Source: a virus
Virus record (IMG/VR): IMGVR_UViG_3300030104_002421
Coordinates: 32,001 to 96,000 of that record
DNA: 64,000 nucleotides
Direction: 5' to 3' (one strand)
A model generated the notes under the pieces. It was not told the DNA's origin. It did not search any database and was given only the letters and a program-made list of their open reading frames with translations. The position numbers and the translations under genes are program-made. Shown here in pieces: positions 19,303 through 28,205 of the stretch. The number at the start of each line of letters is the position of its first letter. The stretch's first letter is position 1.

Positions 19303-20786
19303 TATTGAGAGATAAAATTATAATTGTAGGAGGTGGTAGTGCAGGCTGGATGTCAGCGGCAACACTTATCAAAGCATTTCCTGAAAAAGATATAACTGTT
19401 ATAGAAAGTCCAAATACACCAACAGTAGGTGTAGGTGAAAGTACCATTGGTAGTATTAATGATTGGTTATCTTTTTTAGAACTAGAAGATAAAGATTGGA
19501 TGCCTCATGTAGGTGCTTCATATAAATTAAGTATTAAGTTTACAGACTTCTACAAAAAAGGTGAGGAATTTCATTACCCATTTGGTTTACCTTATGAACC
19601 TTATATTAATAATGATACACGAAACAAATGGTATATAAAGAAACATTTACAAAATTGTAAAACATCTGATTATGCTGAATGTATTGCACCACAAATTGCT
19701 CTTTCCAATACAAACAAAATGGCAAAATCTTTTGATACATTTGATTATCACAAAGACGCTGCTTATCATTTTGACGCTTTACTCTTTGCAAAATATCTAA
19801 AGAATAATTATTGTTTACCAAGAGGTGTGAAACATATAGAAGAACATATAAACACGATAGAAACAAATGAACATGGTATTACATCACTTAACAATAAACA
19901 TACTGCTAACCTATACTTGGATTGTACAGGTTTTAAATCTATGTTAATGAAAGAAGTAGATGGTGAGTTTATAAACATGAACCATATCTTACCAAATGAT
20001 AGTGCATGGTCAACAAAATTAGATTATACAGATAAAGAAAAACAATTAGAACCATATACAAATTGTACAGCAATAGATAATGGTTGGGTATGGAATATAC
20101 CTCAATGGCAAAAGATTGGTACTGGTTATGTTTATTCAAGTAAGTATATTGATGATGTTCAAGCGTTACAAGACTTTCAAAACTATTTGGGAAAACCAAA
20201 AGATGTGAATTATAAACATACACGAATGAGAATAGGTAGACATAAACAAATGTGGAAAAAGAATGTATGTTCTATAGGACTGGCTGCAGGTTTTATTGAA
20301 CCTTTAGAAAGTACAGGTCTCCTTCAAACACATGGATTTTTATTAACACTTGTAAAAAATTTAGAACGAGGTAAGGTATCACAGTTTGATAAAGATACAC
20401 ACAATTTAGAATGTAATGATATATTTGATAACTTTGTGGCATTTGTCGCCATGCATTATTCTTTATCACATAGAAACGATACACAATATTGGCGTGATGT
20501 AACAAATAAAAGTATTGCTGAATTAGAACTAGTGCAAAAGGTAATGAAAGTAAAACACATTGACCATTATTTTACAATAGATGGTGGTATGCATTATATA
20601 GCAACAGGTATGAATTATGATCCTATTTCTATGACAGATATACTTACAAGACAATATGAAGTAGAGACAGATACAATAGATGAAAACTATGTGGCAGAGT
20701 TTGATATAAACAAAAATAGATGGAAAGAAAATGCATTGTTAGCACCTACACTATATAAATTTTTAAAGGAAAACATATATGAGTAA
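19299..20786 (+). CDS. Flavin-dependent tryptophan halogenase-like protein (PrnA family)
   Basis: GGGSAG, VGVGEST, catalytic-Lys region YKLSIKF, WxWxIP (WVWNIP), FIEPLESTG. Confidence 0.9.
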   Translation: MILRDKIIIVGGGSAGWMSAATLIKAFPEKDITVIESPNTPTVGVGESTIGSINDWLSFLELEDKDWMPHVGASYKLSIKFTDFYKKGEEFHYPFGLPYEPYINNDTRNKWYIKKHLQNCKTSDYAECIAPQIALSNTNKMAKSFDTFDYHKDAAYHFDALLFAKYLKNNYCLPRGVKHIEEHINTIETNEHGITSLNNKHTANLYLDCTGFKSMLMKEVDGEFINMNHILPNDSAWSTKLDYTDKEKQLEPYTNCTAIDNGWVWNIPQWQKIGTGYVYSSKYIDDVQALQDFQNYLGKPKDVNYKHTRMRIGRHKQMWKKNVCSIGLAAGFIEPLESTGLLQTHGFLLTLVKNLERGKVSQFDKDTHNLECNDIFDNFVAFVAMHYSLSHRNDTQYWRDVTNKSIAELELVQKVMKVKHIDHYFTIDGGMHYIATGMNYDPISMTDILTRQYEVETDTIDENYVAEFDINKNRWKENALLAPTLYKFLKENIYE

Positions 20787-21825
20787 AATTGCCTTAATTA
20801 ATGATACACACTTTGGTTGTAGAAATGATAACCCTAATTACCACGATTACATTTATCGTTTTTGGGACGAACAGTTTTTTCCTTATATAGAACAAAACAA
20901 CATAGATACAGTTATACATTTAGGTGATGTATTAGATAGGCGTAAGTATGTTAATTTTAAAACACTACAAGACTTTAATAACAAAATTGTATATAACTTA
21001 AAAGATATAAATGTTGATATTATAGTAGGTAACCATGACACATATTATAAGAATACAAACGAAGTAAATGCACCACAAGAACTTATGAACTGGGGTAATG
21101 TATATTCAGAACCAACAGTAGTAGAACGAGGTGGTATGAAAATGTTATATGTGCCTTGGGTAACACCTGAAAATTATGATAAAACTAAAATGATGTTAGA
21201 ACAAGAAAGTGTTGATATGGTATTAGGACATTTAGAAATAAAAGGTTTTGAAATGCATAACGGACATGTATCAGATACAGGTTTAGAAAGTAATCTGTTT
21301 AGTAGATATGAAAAAGTATTATCTGGTCACTTTCATAAAAAGAGTGATAACGGACATATCTATTATTTGGGTAGTCAATATGAAATGACTTGGTCAGATT
21401 ATAATTGTCCTAAACACTTTCACATATTAGATACAGAAACAAGAGAAATAGAGGCAATAAGAAACCCTTTAACAATACATCATAAGATATATTACAATGA
21501 TGAAACTACAGACTATTCTAATTTTGATTATAATGAATGTAACAATAAGTATATTAAACTCATTGTAGAAAAGAAAACAGATTACTTTATGTTTGATAAG
21601 TTTGTTGATAACATCTATCAAAAAGCAAAACCTTATGATTTAAAGATAATAGAGGACTATAGTGATTTAGACGCTACTACTGTAGCAGACGATATAGTGG
21701 AACAAAGTGAAGATACACCTACTTTACTGGACACCTATATAGAACAAACAGATACTACACTTGATAAAGGTAGATTAAAAACTTTGATGAAAAGTTTGTA
21801 CACGGAGGCATTTGACTATGAGTGA
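20779..21825 (+). CDS. gp47: Recombination nuclease gp47 (Mre11-like)
   Basis: DTHFG, HLGDVLDRRK, GNHD, SGHFH. Confidence 0.95.
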   Translation: MSKIALINDTHFGCRNDNPNYHDYIYRFWDEQFFPYIEQNNIDTVIHLGDVLDRRKYVNFKTLQDFNNKIVYNLKDINVDIIVGNHDTYYKNTNEVNAPQELMNWGNVYSEPTVVERGGMKMLYVPWVTPENYDKTKMMLEQESVDMVLGHLEIKGFEMHNGHVSDTGLESNLFSRYEKVLSGHFHKKSDNGHIYYLGSQYEMTWSDYNCPKHFHILDTETREIEAIRNPLTIHHKIYYNDETTDYSNFDYNECNNKYIKLIVEKKTDYFMFDKFVDNIYQKAKPYDLKIIEDYSDLDATTVADDIVEQSEDTPTLLDTYIEQTDTTLDKGRLKTLMKSLYTEAFDYE

Positions 21826-22507
21826 AGAATACCCGGATCATTTATATTATAATAATGTATATTATTTTGGTCCATACATACACCACGGTAGGGTTGACCC
21901 TAACTTTGTAAGAGACCTATTAGCAGTAGGTGAACAATCACAAGGTAAACAAGATATGAAACAGAACCTAGCAGGTTCTTTAAAACAAGAATGGAAACTT
22001 AACGAAGAACAACAAAGATGGTTTGATAAATCTATGAGAATAAACTTTGAACACTACATAGATAGAAGAGCACATTGGCATAATGACCAAAATCTAAAAA
22101 ATAAAGGTTACATTATAGACAATGTATGGATTAATTATCAATATGCTACTGATTATCAACCAGAGCATATTCATTCTGGTGATTTTAGTTGGGTTATTTA
22201 CTTACAAAATCCACCAAAGATAGAAGAAGAAAGAGAAAAACACGAAACAAGAGGACCTGCACCAGGCACAATTACCTTTTCTTATGGCGAAGGTGTTGGT
22301 ATGAATACGGAATCACCTTGGGTTAGTGTACAGTCATTTGTTAATGATGTAGCAGATTTCTTTATCTTTCCGGCACAGTTAAAACATTTCGTACCACCTT
22401 TTAAGAGTGAAGGTTGTAGAATATCAGTAAGTGGTAATGGTAGTTTCCAAGAAGACCATAGTCCATATAATGATTATTCTTACGGAGCAAAACGAATTAA
22501 TTATTAA
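21818..22507 (+). CDS. 2OG-Fe(II) oxygenase inserted between gp47 and gp46
   Basis: WINYQ..PEHIH, FIFPAQLKHFVPPF, RISVSGN. Confidence 0.85.
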   Translation: MSEEYPDHLYYNNVYYFGPYIHHGRVDPNFVRDLLAVGEQSQGKQDMKQNLAGSLKQEWKLNEEQQRWFDKSMRINFEHYIDRRAHWHNDQNLKNKGYIIDNVWINYQYATDYQPEHIHSGDFSWVIYLQNPPKIEEEREKHETRGPAPGTITFSYGEGVGMNTESPWVSVQSFVNDVADFFIFPAQLKHFVPPFKSEGCRISVSGNGSFQEDHSPYNDYSYGAKRINY

Positions 22508-22510
22508 TAT

Positions 22511-24223
22511 ATGATTTTATTTGAGACGATTAGGTGGAAGAACTTTCTTTCCACCGGCAATACAGGTATAGAAGTTAAACTAAATGAACACCAAGATACA
22601 TTAATTGTAGGACACAATGGTGCAGGTAAATCAACAATACTTGACGCCTTGTGTTTTGGTCTTTTTAATAAACCTTTTAGAGATATTAAAAAAGAACAAA
22701 TGATTAATAGTGTTAATCTAGGTGGCACAGAAATAGAAATAGAATTTAGTATATCAAAAAATAGATATAAAATTAAACGAGGTATTAAACCTAATTTATT
22801 TGAGATATACTTAAATGATGAACTTGTTAACCAAGACGCTTCTATTGCTGACCAACAAAAATATTTAGAACAACAAATACTTAAATTTAATTATCGTAGT
22901 TTTACACAGGTCGTAATACTAGGCAGTAGTGCATTTGTACCTTTTATGGAATTAAAATCACCACATAGACGAGAAGTTGTGGAAGATATACTTGATATAA
23001 AGATATTTTCTGTAATGAATATGTTAGTGAAGATACAAATAAAAGAAATACAAGACCAGTTAAGAGATATTGATAGAGAGATTGAGATTACTAAAAATAA
23101 AGTAGAGACACAGGAAAAATATATTGAACAAACAGGTAAACAAACACAATCTACAATAGATGATTATAATACAAAGATAACAGAAAACAAAGAAGCATTA
23201 GAAAAATACAATGACCATAAAAAAGAGTTAGAGAAAGCATTAGTAAAAGAAAAAGAAAAAATACTAGATGAAGAAAAGGTAAGACAACAAGTTAAAAAAT
23301 TAAATAGTTTTGAAACACAATTTGAAAGTAAGGTAAAGGAGTGTACTAAACATAAAAGATTTTATGAAAGTAATGATAACTGTCCTACATGTCAACAAGA
23401 TATTAATCCAGAGTTTAAGTCAAAAAAGATATCTAACGAGAACAATGAGATAATTAAATTTAATCAGGCATTAGAAGATGTGGCAAAAGAGATATCATCT
23501 AAACAAAGACGATTACAAGCAATTGCTTCTGTATATGAAGATATGAAAGTTACAGAAATTGATATTGCTAAGTTTGAACAATCATCAAATGAATTACAAA
23601 ACATTAATCGTAAACTAGAAAGTCAAGTTAATACTCTTATGCAACAAAGTGAAGATACAGGTAGTGCTAAAGGTAAATTAGAAACATATCAATCAATGTT
23701 AGAAAAGTATGAAGAAGAACAGTTACGAAAAAAAGAAGAACTAGATTATTTACAGGCAGCAAGAGTAATGTTAGCAGATACAGGTATCAAAACAAAAGTA
23801 ATAAAACAATATTTACCTATTATGAACCAGTTAATTAACAAGTATCTTGCAAGTATGGATTTCTTTGTTAACTTTAAACTAGATGATGAGTTTAGAGAAA
23901 TAATACGAAGTAGATTCCGTGATGACTTTAGTTATAGTAGTTTTAGTGAAGGTGAGAAGATGAGAATAAATCTGGCATTATTGTTTACATGGCGTGCTAT
24001 TGCAAAGATGAAAAACAGTATATCTACCAATCTATTAATGTTAGATGAAATATTTGATAGTAGTTTAGATGGTCAAGGTACAGACGATTTCTTAAAGATA
24101 CTGAATACACTAGAAGGTGAGAATGTGTTTATCATATCACATAAGACAGATTTGATGGCAGATAAGTTTAAAAACATAATGAGATTTGAGAAATATAAAA
24201 ACTTTACAAGGATAGTAGAATGA
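22511..24223 (+). CDS. gp46: Recombination ATPase gp46 (Rad50-like)
   Basis: GHNGAGKST, CPTC hook, FSEGEK, LDEIFD. Confidence 0.97.
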   Translation: MILFETIRWKNFLSTGNTGIEVKLNEHQDTLIVGHNGAGKSTILDALCFGLFNKPFRDIKKEQMINSVNLGGTEIEIEFSISKNRYKIKRGIKPNLFEIYLNDELVNQDASIADQQKYLEQQILKFNYRSFTQVVILGSSAFVPFMELKSPHRREVVEDILDIKIFSVMNMLVKIQIKEIQDQLRDIDREIEITKNKVETQEKYIEQTGKQTQSTIDDYNTKITENKEALEKYNDHKKELEKALVKEKEKILDEEKVRQQVKKLNSFETQFESKVKECTKHKRFYESNDNCPTCQQDINPEFKSKKISNENNEIIKFNQALEDVAKEISSKQRRLQAIASVYEDMKVTEIDIAKFEQSSNELQNINRKLESQVNTLMQQSEDTGSAKGKLETYQSMLEKYEEEQLRKKEELDYLQAARVMLADTGIKTKVIKQYLPIMNQLINKYLASMDFFVNFKLDDEFREIIRSRFRDDFSYSSFSEGEKMRINLALLFTWRAIAKMKNSISTNLLMLDEIFDSSLDGQGTDDFLKILNTLEGENVFIISHKTDLMADKFKNIMRFEKYKNFTRIVE

Positions 24224-24831
24224 TAAACTACGAGTTATATCCTTTATTTGCTATGCCTGTATTAAAGGTTACTGAAAAATACAATATGTCAGATAGTGAA
24301 AGAAAGACTATTGAAAGTTTAGAATGGTCACCTAATCCTAATAATTTAATATCTAAAAATAATAATGTATTAACAACAATGAATGAGTTATCTGGTTTAA
24401 GAGATTATGTTTCAAAGTGGGTAAATTTTTATACAAAAGATATTATGAAAATAAAAGATGTTGAATTTTATATAACACAATCTTGGTTTAATGTAACAAG
24501 AAAAACAGAAAGTCATCATACACATACACACCCTAATAGTATTGTTAGTGGAGTTTTCCACCTTGATGATGATTTATCACATATTACTTTTGAAAGAGAA
24601 CGAACAAATGCTACTTTTGATTTAAAACTAAAATATAGTGAATACAATATACAAAATTGTAATGCTTATGATTTTAACACAGACAAAAATACTTTGATAA
24701 TATTTCCATCAAAACTACCTCATAAGGTAAAAGTGAACAATGATAATAGAGATAGATATAGCATGTCTTTTAATACATTTGTTAAGGGGTCAATGGGTGA
24801 TGAAAACGAATTAGACTTATTAGAATTATGA
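24220..24831 (+). CDS. 2OG-Fe(II) oxygenase (TIGR02466-like)
   Basis: QSWFN..HHTHTHPNSIVSGVF, FPSKLPHKV, RYSMSFN. Confidence 0.85.
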   Translation: MINYELYPLFAMPVLKVTEKYNMSDSERKTIESLEWSPNPNNLISKNNNVLTTMNELSGLRDYVSKWVNFYTKDIMKIKDVEFYITQSWFNVTRKTESHHTHTHPNSIVSGVFHLDDDLSHITFERERTNATFDLKLKYSEYNIQNCNAYDFNTDKNTLIIFPSKLPHKVKVNNDNRDRYSMSFNTFVKGSMGDENELDLLEL

Positions 24832-25550
24832 AATATTTTCCTGCCGTTATAGATAATTTTTTTGACAAACCAGATTTGGTTAGAGAGTTTGCTTTATCTT
24901 TAGATTATGCACCTGATGATAAAGGTAGGTGGCCTGGGCAAAGAAGTGAATCCTTGCACATGATAGATTATGAATTGTATATGAGTGTAATGTTAAAAAT
25001 TATGTCCATATATACAGACTTTGCTTATACAAATGTTACTTGGGAAAATGCTTCTCTTTATTTTCATAAGATAAAAGATACAGGCGATAAAGAATTAAAT
25101 AAAGGTTGGATTCATATTGACCAAGATTTTCAATTAGCAGGTCTTTGTTATCTAAATCCTGGTGTAAATGATATGAATTTAGGAACCTCAATTTATTCAA
25201 AAAAAGGATTTCACCAGAAGTTTGAAAGACACCATTATAAACATATGTATTATAAAGGTGAACAAATTAATTTGAATGACTATAAAAAGAAATTAAGTGA
25301 ACACAATAATGAATATGATGAAACAATTAAAATTGGTAATGTATATAATAGAATGATTACTTATGATACATTAGAACATCATACTTTAAATGGGATACCA
25401 AAAGATGAAGAAAGATTAACTATGTTATTGTTTATGGATGGTATTAAACCAGAAGATAATAGATTTCCTAATAACAGAATTAAAGATGTAAAACAATATG
25501 ATAGTTTTATTGAAGAAAGGATTAGGTTTTTAAATGAACATAAAAAATGA
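24828..25550 (+). CDS. 2OG-Fe(II) oxygenase-like protein (DUF6445-like)
   Basis: IDNFF..PD.VREFA, WPGQRS, WIHID, AGLCYL, GTSIY, NVYNR...H, RLT. Confidence 0.7.
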   Translation: MKYFPAVIDNFFDKPDLVREFALSLDYAPDDKGRWPGQRSESLHMIDYELYMSVMLKIMSIYTDFAYTNVTWENASLYFHKIKDTGDKELNKGWIHIDQDFQLAGLCYLNPGVNDMNLGTSIYSKKGFHQKFERHHYKHMYYKGEQINLNDYKKKLSEHNNEYDETIKIGNVYNRMITYDTLEHHTLNGIPKDEERLTMLLFMDGIKPEDNRFPNNRIKDVKQYDSFIEERIRFLNEHKK

Positions 25551-25776
25551 AATACTAACAATACTTATGGAAGAATGTGCTGAAACAAGTATTGAATGTA
25601 GTAAGGTTATCCGTTTTAATATAGATAATACTGAACGATTAGAAAAAGAATTAGGTGATGTATTAATGATGATAAAATTATTATCTGAAAATAATATAGT
25701 AACAATGGAAAACATTGAAGCTGCTGCCAGACAAAAAAGAGAGAAACTTAAAACTTGGAGTAAAATACCATTATGA
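25534..25776 (+). CDS. MazG-like all-alpha NTP pyrophosphohydrolase
   Basis: EECAE...KELGDVL acidic helix motifs. Confidence 0.75.
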   Translation: MNIKNEILTILMEECAETSIECSKVIRFNIDNTERLEKELGDVLMMIKLLSENNIVTMENIEAAARQKREKLKTWSKIPL

Positions 25777-26783
25777 AAATAACTATTGCAAGATTACGAA
25801 GTGGTACTAATTATAAAGAACCACTACATGATATTATGGATAGTTTCTATGAACTATACAAAAGATACATGGAAGAAAATCAACAACACACTTATGGTGT
25901 ATATAACTTTGGTTGGGGACATGCAAACAGAAAAAAGTTAGATGATATACCAGATAGTGATGTTATTATTATACCAAGTGAAAACGAGTTTACTCAACAT
26001 ATAAAAAACTTTGTTGACCCAAGACATAAAGCAAGAAGTGATGAAATGGTCAAACAAATAGGTGAACACTTGGCAAATAAGCATGTAATGATATGGCGTA
26101 GTGATAGAGCAGACAATGAAGAACTGTATAGAAACAAAACATTTAAAGACCAACCCATTGGTAAGTTTAGTACATTAGACGAAATGGATATACCTGGTGG
26201 TCTACATGGTATGAAATATCACTTTATTACAGATAACTATCCTGCTAAACTAGATGAGACAAGAGATATAGATTTTATATATTGGGGTACAGATAAAAGA
26301 AAGACAACAGAAAATGTTGATAGTGGTGATCCTAGGCACAAAGTATTTAAACAGATATACAAAGAAAAGAAGTTATCATCTTATTGGATTGGCAAGTTTA
26401 GTAATATAGAAAGAAACATGAAGATAAACCGTATGGTACATATATTACCATATCTTACAAGTGGTAAAGGTACATTGTGTTTTAACTGGATGAGTGAGAC
26501 AGCCACAACAAGTAGATACCACGAGGCATTGGCATGTGGTCTTATACCATTTGTGTGGCATAACTATGATATCAAAAATACAATTGTTGGTGACCCATGG
26601 CAAAGAGTATCAAGTGTGGAAGAACTATATGAAAAGTACGAAGAACTGAATAGTGCCAAAGGAGACTTATGGGGTCAAAAATTCTTTGAAATAGAACTAG
26701 AATATCAAAAGAATGTCCTGAAGTCAAAAGATGAGTATTATCAATTGTTTAAATCAAGGCTTGACAAATTGTTAGAAATATGA
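25773..26783 (+). CDS. GT-B glycosyltransferase resembling T4 DNA beta-glucosyltransferase
   Basis: MKITI start, DFIYWG, and TTSRYHEALACGLIPFVWHNYDIKNTIVGDPWQRVSSVEEL align by eye with T4 BGT as recalled (DVIYGG; ITLRVWETMAS..DTKHRIINDARFYVNNRAEL); similar length. Confidence 0.7.
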   Translation: MKITIARLRSGTNYKEPLHDIMDSFYELYKRYMEENQQHTYGVYNFGWGHANRKKLDDIPDSDVIIIPSENEFTQHIKNFVDPRHKARSDEMVKQIGEHLANKHVMIWRSDRADNEELYRNKTFKDQPIGKFSTLDEMDIPGGLHGMKYHFITDNYPAKLDETRDIDFIYWGTDKRKTTENVDSGDPRHKVFKQIYKEKKLSSYWIGKFSNIERNMKINRMVHILPYLTSGKGTLCFNWMSETATTSRYHEALACGLIPFVWHNYDIKNTIVGDPWQRVSSVEELYEKYEELNSAKGDLWGQKFFEIELEYQKNVLKSKDEYYQLFKSRLDKLLEI

Positions 26784-26789
26784 TAGCCT
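26761..26789 (+). promoter_or_regulatory. Sigma70-type promoter for the DUF4338 gene
   Basis: TTGACA-N17-TAGCCT with an extended TG. Confidence 0.6.
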
Positions 26790-26802
26790 AATAGTTTATA
26801 TT

Positions 26803-28059
26803 ATGGAAAAGAAAATTGACCCGCTATTAGAAGAGCAATGGGAGGTATTTCAAAAAGAAAACCCAAGTGCGACATTTCGACACATAGATGAGACAAAACT
26901 AAAAGATAACTTAACAAAAGAATTATCTTATGCTGCCAATATGTCAGTAGAAGAATATACACTATATCAAAAATGGTGTGAAGTTAAAAACAAATATCCT
27001 GCTCAAGTAGTAAACACATTGTTTGGCGAAGAAAGTCAATTAGTAGATTTATCAAAAGACAAATTATTAGTACATGTTAAAAACAATATATGGGCACCTA
27101 AAGACCCTATGGATTTTGAGAAGTTAGAACCAGAACTAATCTATACAAAAGATGACCCTAGTTACCCACAATTGTGGAATGCAATAAGAACATTTGCCTC
27201 TACAATGAAGAACAATAACAATATAGGTCGTAATTTAAACTTTATAGTAAGAGACAAACCAACAAAGAAATATCTAGGTGTCATTTGTATATCAAGTGAT
27301 TTTTTAGATTTAACACCTAGAGATAATTACATAGGTTGGGATAGAGAAAGAAAAACTAAAAAGATGATTAATCATACTGCTATTGGTAGTACGATTGTTC
27401 CATTACAACCACTAGGTTTTAATTATACTGGTGGTAAGTTACTGGCATTATTATGTCTATCTGATAAAGTACAAGAAACATGGAAAAAAGAATATGGTGA
27501 TACAATGGTTGGTGTTACAACAACAAGTCTCTATGGTAGTTTTAGTCAGTATCAAAATCTAAAATACTGGAAGAAAAGAGGTCATAGTGCAGGTAGTGTA
27601 TCATATGAAGCAACGAAACCTACAATACAAATGTTAAGAGATTGGTTAAAAGAAAATCATACTAGAAAATTCTTTGAATGGTATAGTGCTACAAAACCTA
27701 CAGGACAACCTTATAAGAGAGACCATAGAAATAGAAGTCATACATTTGCTTATGGTAAACTAGGTATACCTAAAGAAATTACAAAGTCAGCACATAGTAG
27801 AGGTATCTATTTCAGTACACTATACGACAATACATGTGAGTTTTTAAGAGAAGAAATAGAAGAAGATAAACTAAAGAAATCATTTGATAGTAGTATTGAA
27901 GGACTTGTAAATGTATGGAAGAACAAGTATGCTAGTAAGCGTATAAAATCGCTGATTAACCAATCTAGGACAAACATGGAATCACTTTATTATGATGACT
28001 TGATACATCTATCATGGGAAGAAACAAAAAATAAGTATCTAAAACAAGTAGGAAGATGA
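26803..28059 (+). CDS. DUF4338/DruA-like protein, copy 1
   Basis: GRNLNFIVRD, RDNYIGW, VPLQPLGFNYTGGKLLA, TTTSLYG, GHSAG. Confidence 0.8.
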   Translation: MEKKIDPLLEEQWEVFQKENPSATFRHIDETKLKDNLTKELSYAANMSVEEYTLYQKWCEVKNKYPAQVVNTLFGEESQLVDLSKDKLLVHVKNNIWAPKDPMDFEKLEPELIYTKDDPSYPQLWNAIRTFASTMKNNNNIGRNLNFIVRDKPTKKYLGVICISSDFLDLTPRDNYIGWDRERKTKKMINHTAIGSTIVPLQPLGFNYTGGKLLALLCLSDKVQETWKKEYGDTMVGVTTTSLYGSFSQYQNLKYWKKRGHSAGSVSYEATKPTIQMLRDWLKENHTRKFFEWYSATKPTGQPYKRDHRNRSHTFAYGKLGIPKEITKSAHSRGIYFSTLYDNTCEFLREEIEEDKLKKSFDSSIEGLVNVWKNKYASKRIKSLINQSRTNMESLYYDDLIHLSWEETKNKYLKQVGR

Positions 28060-28074
28060 GAACATATAGAGAAC
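28060..28074. promoter_or_regulatory. Alphaproteobacterial LexA (SOS) box
   Basis: GAAC-ATATAGA-GAAC matches GAAC-N7-GAAC. Confidence 0.6.
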
Positions 28075-28109
28075 ACCAAGAGTGTTGCAAAAATACAACA
28101 CTAATAAAA

Positions 28110-28182
28110 TGCTAAACCATTGAAATATAACGATTTTAATTTATATTATTTTGTTGACAAATGAACCAAAATGGTATAGGAT
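28110..28182 (+). promoter_or_regulatory. Early promoter with a conserved upstream 21-mer
   Basis: TGCTAAACCATTGAAATATAA, then a 23 nt gap, then TTGACA-N17-TAGGAT. Confidence 0.85.
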
Positions 28183-28205
28183 ATAAGAATAATTAACGAG
28201 GTATT

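Noticed and set aside
24220-25550. TET/JBP-type DNA base hydroxylases feeding the glycosyltransferase
   Set aside because: Motifs match the generic TIGR02466/DUF6445-like oxygenases scattered through the window, not TET/JBP; adjacency alone is insufficient
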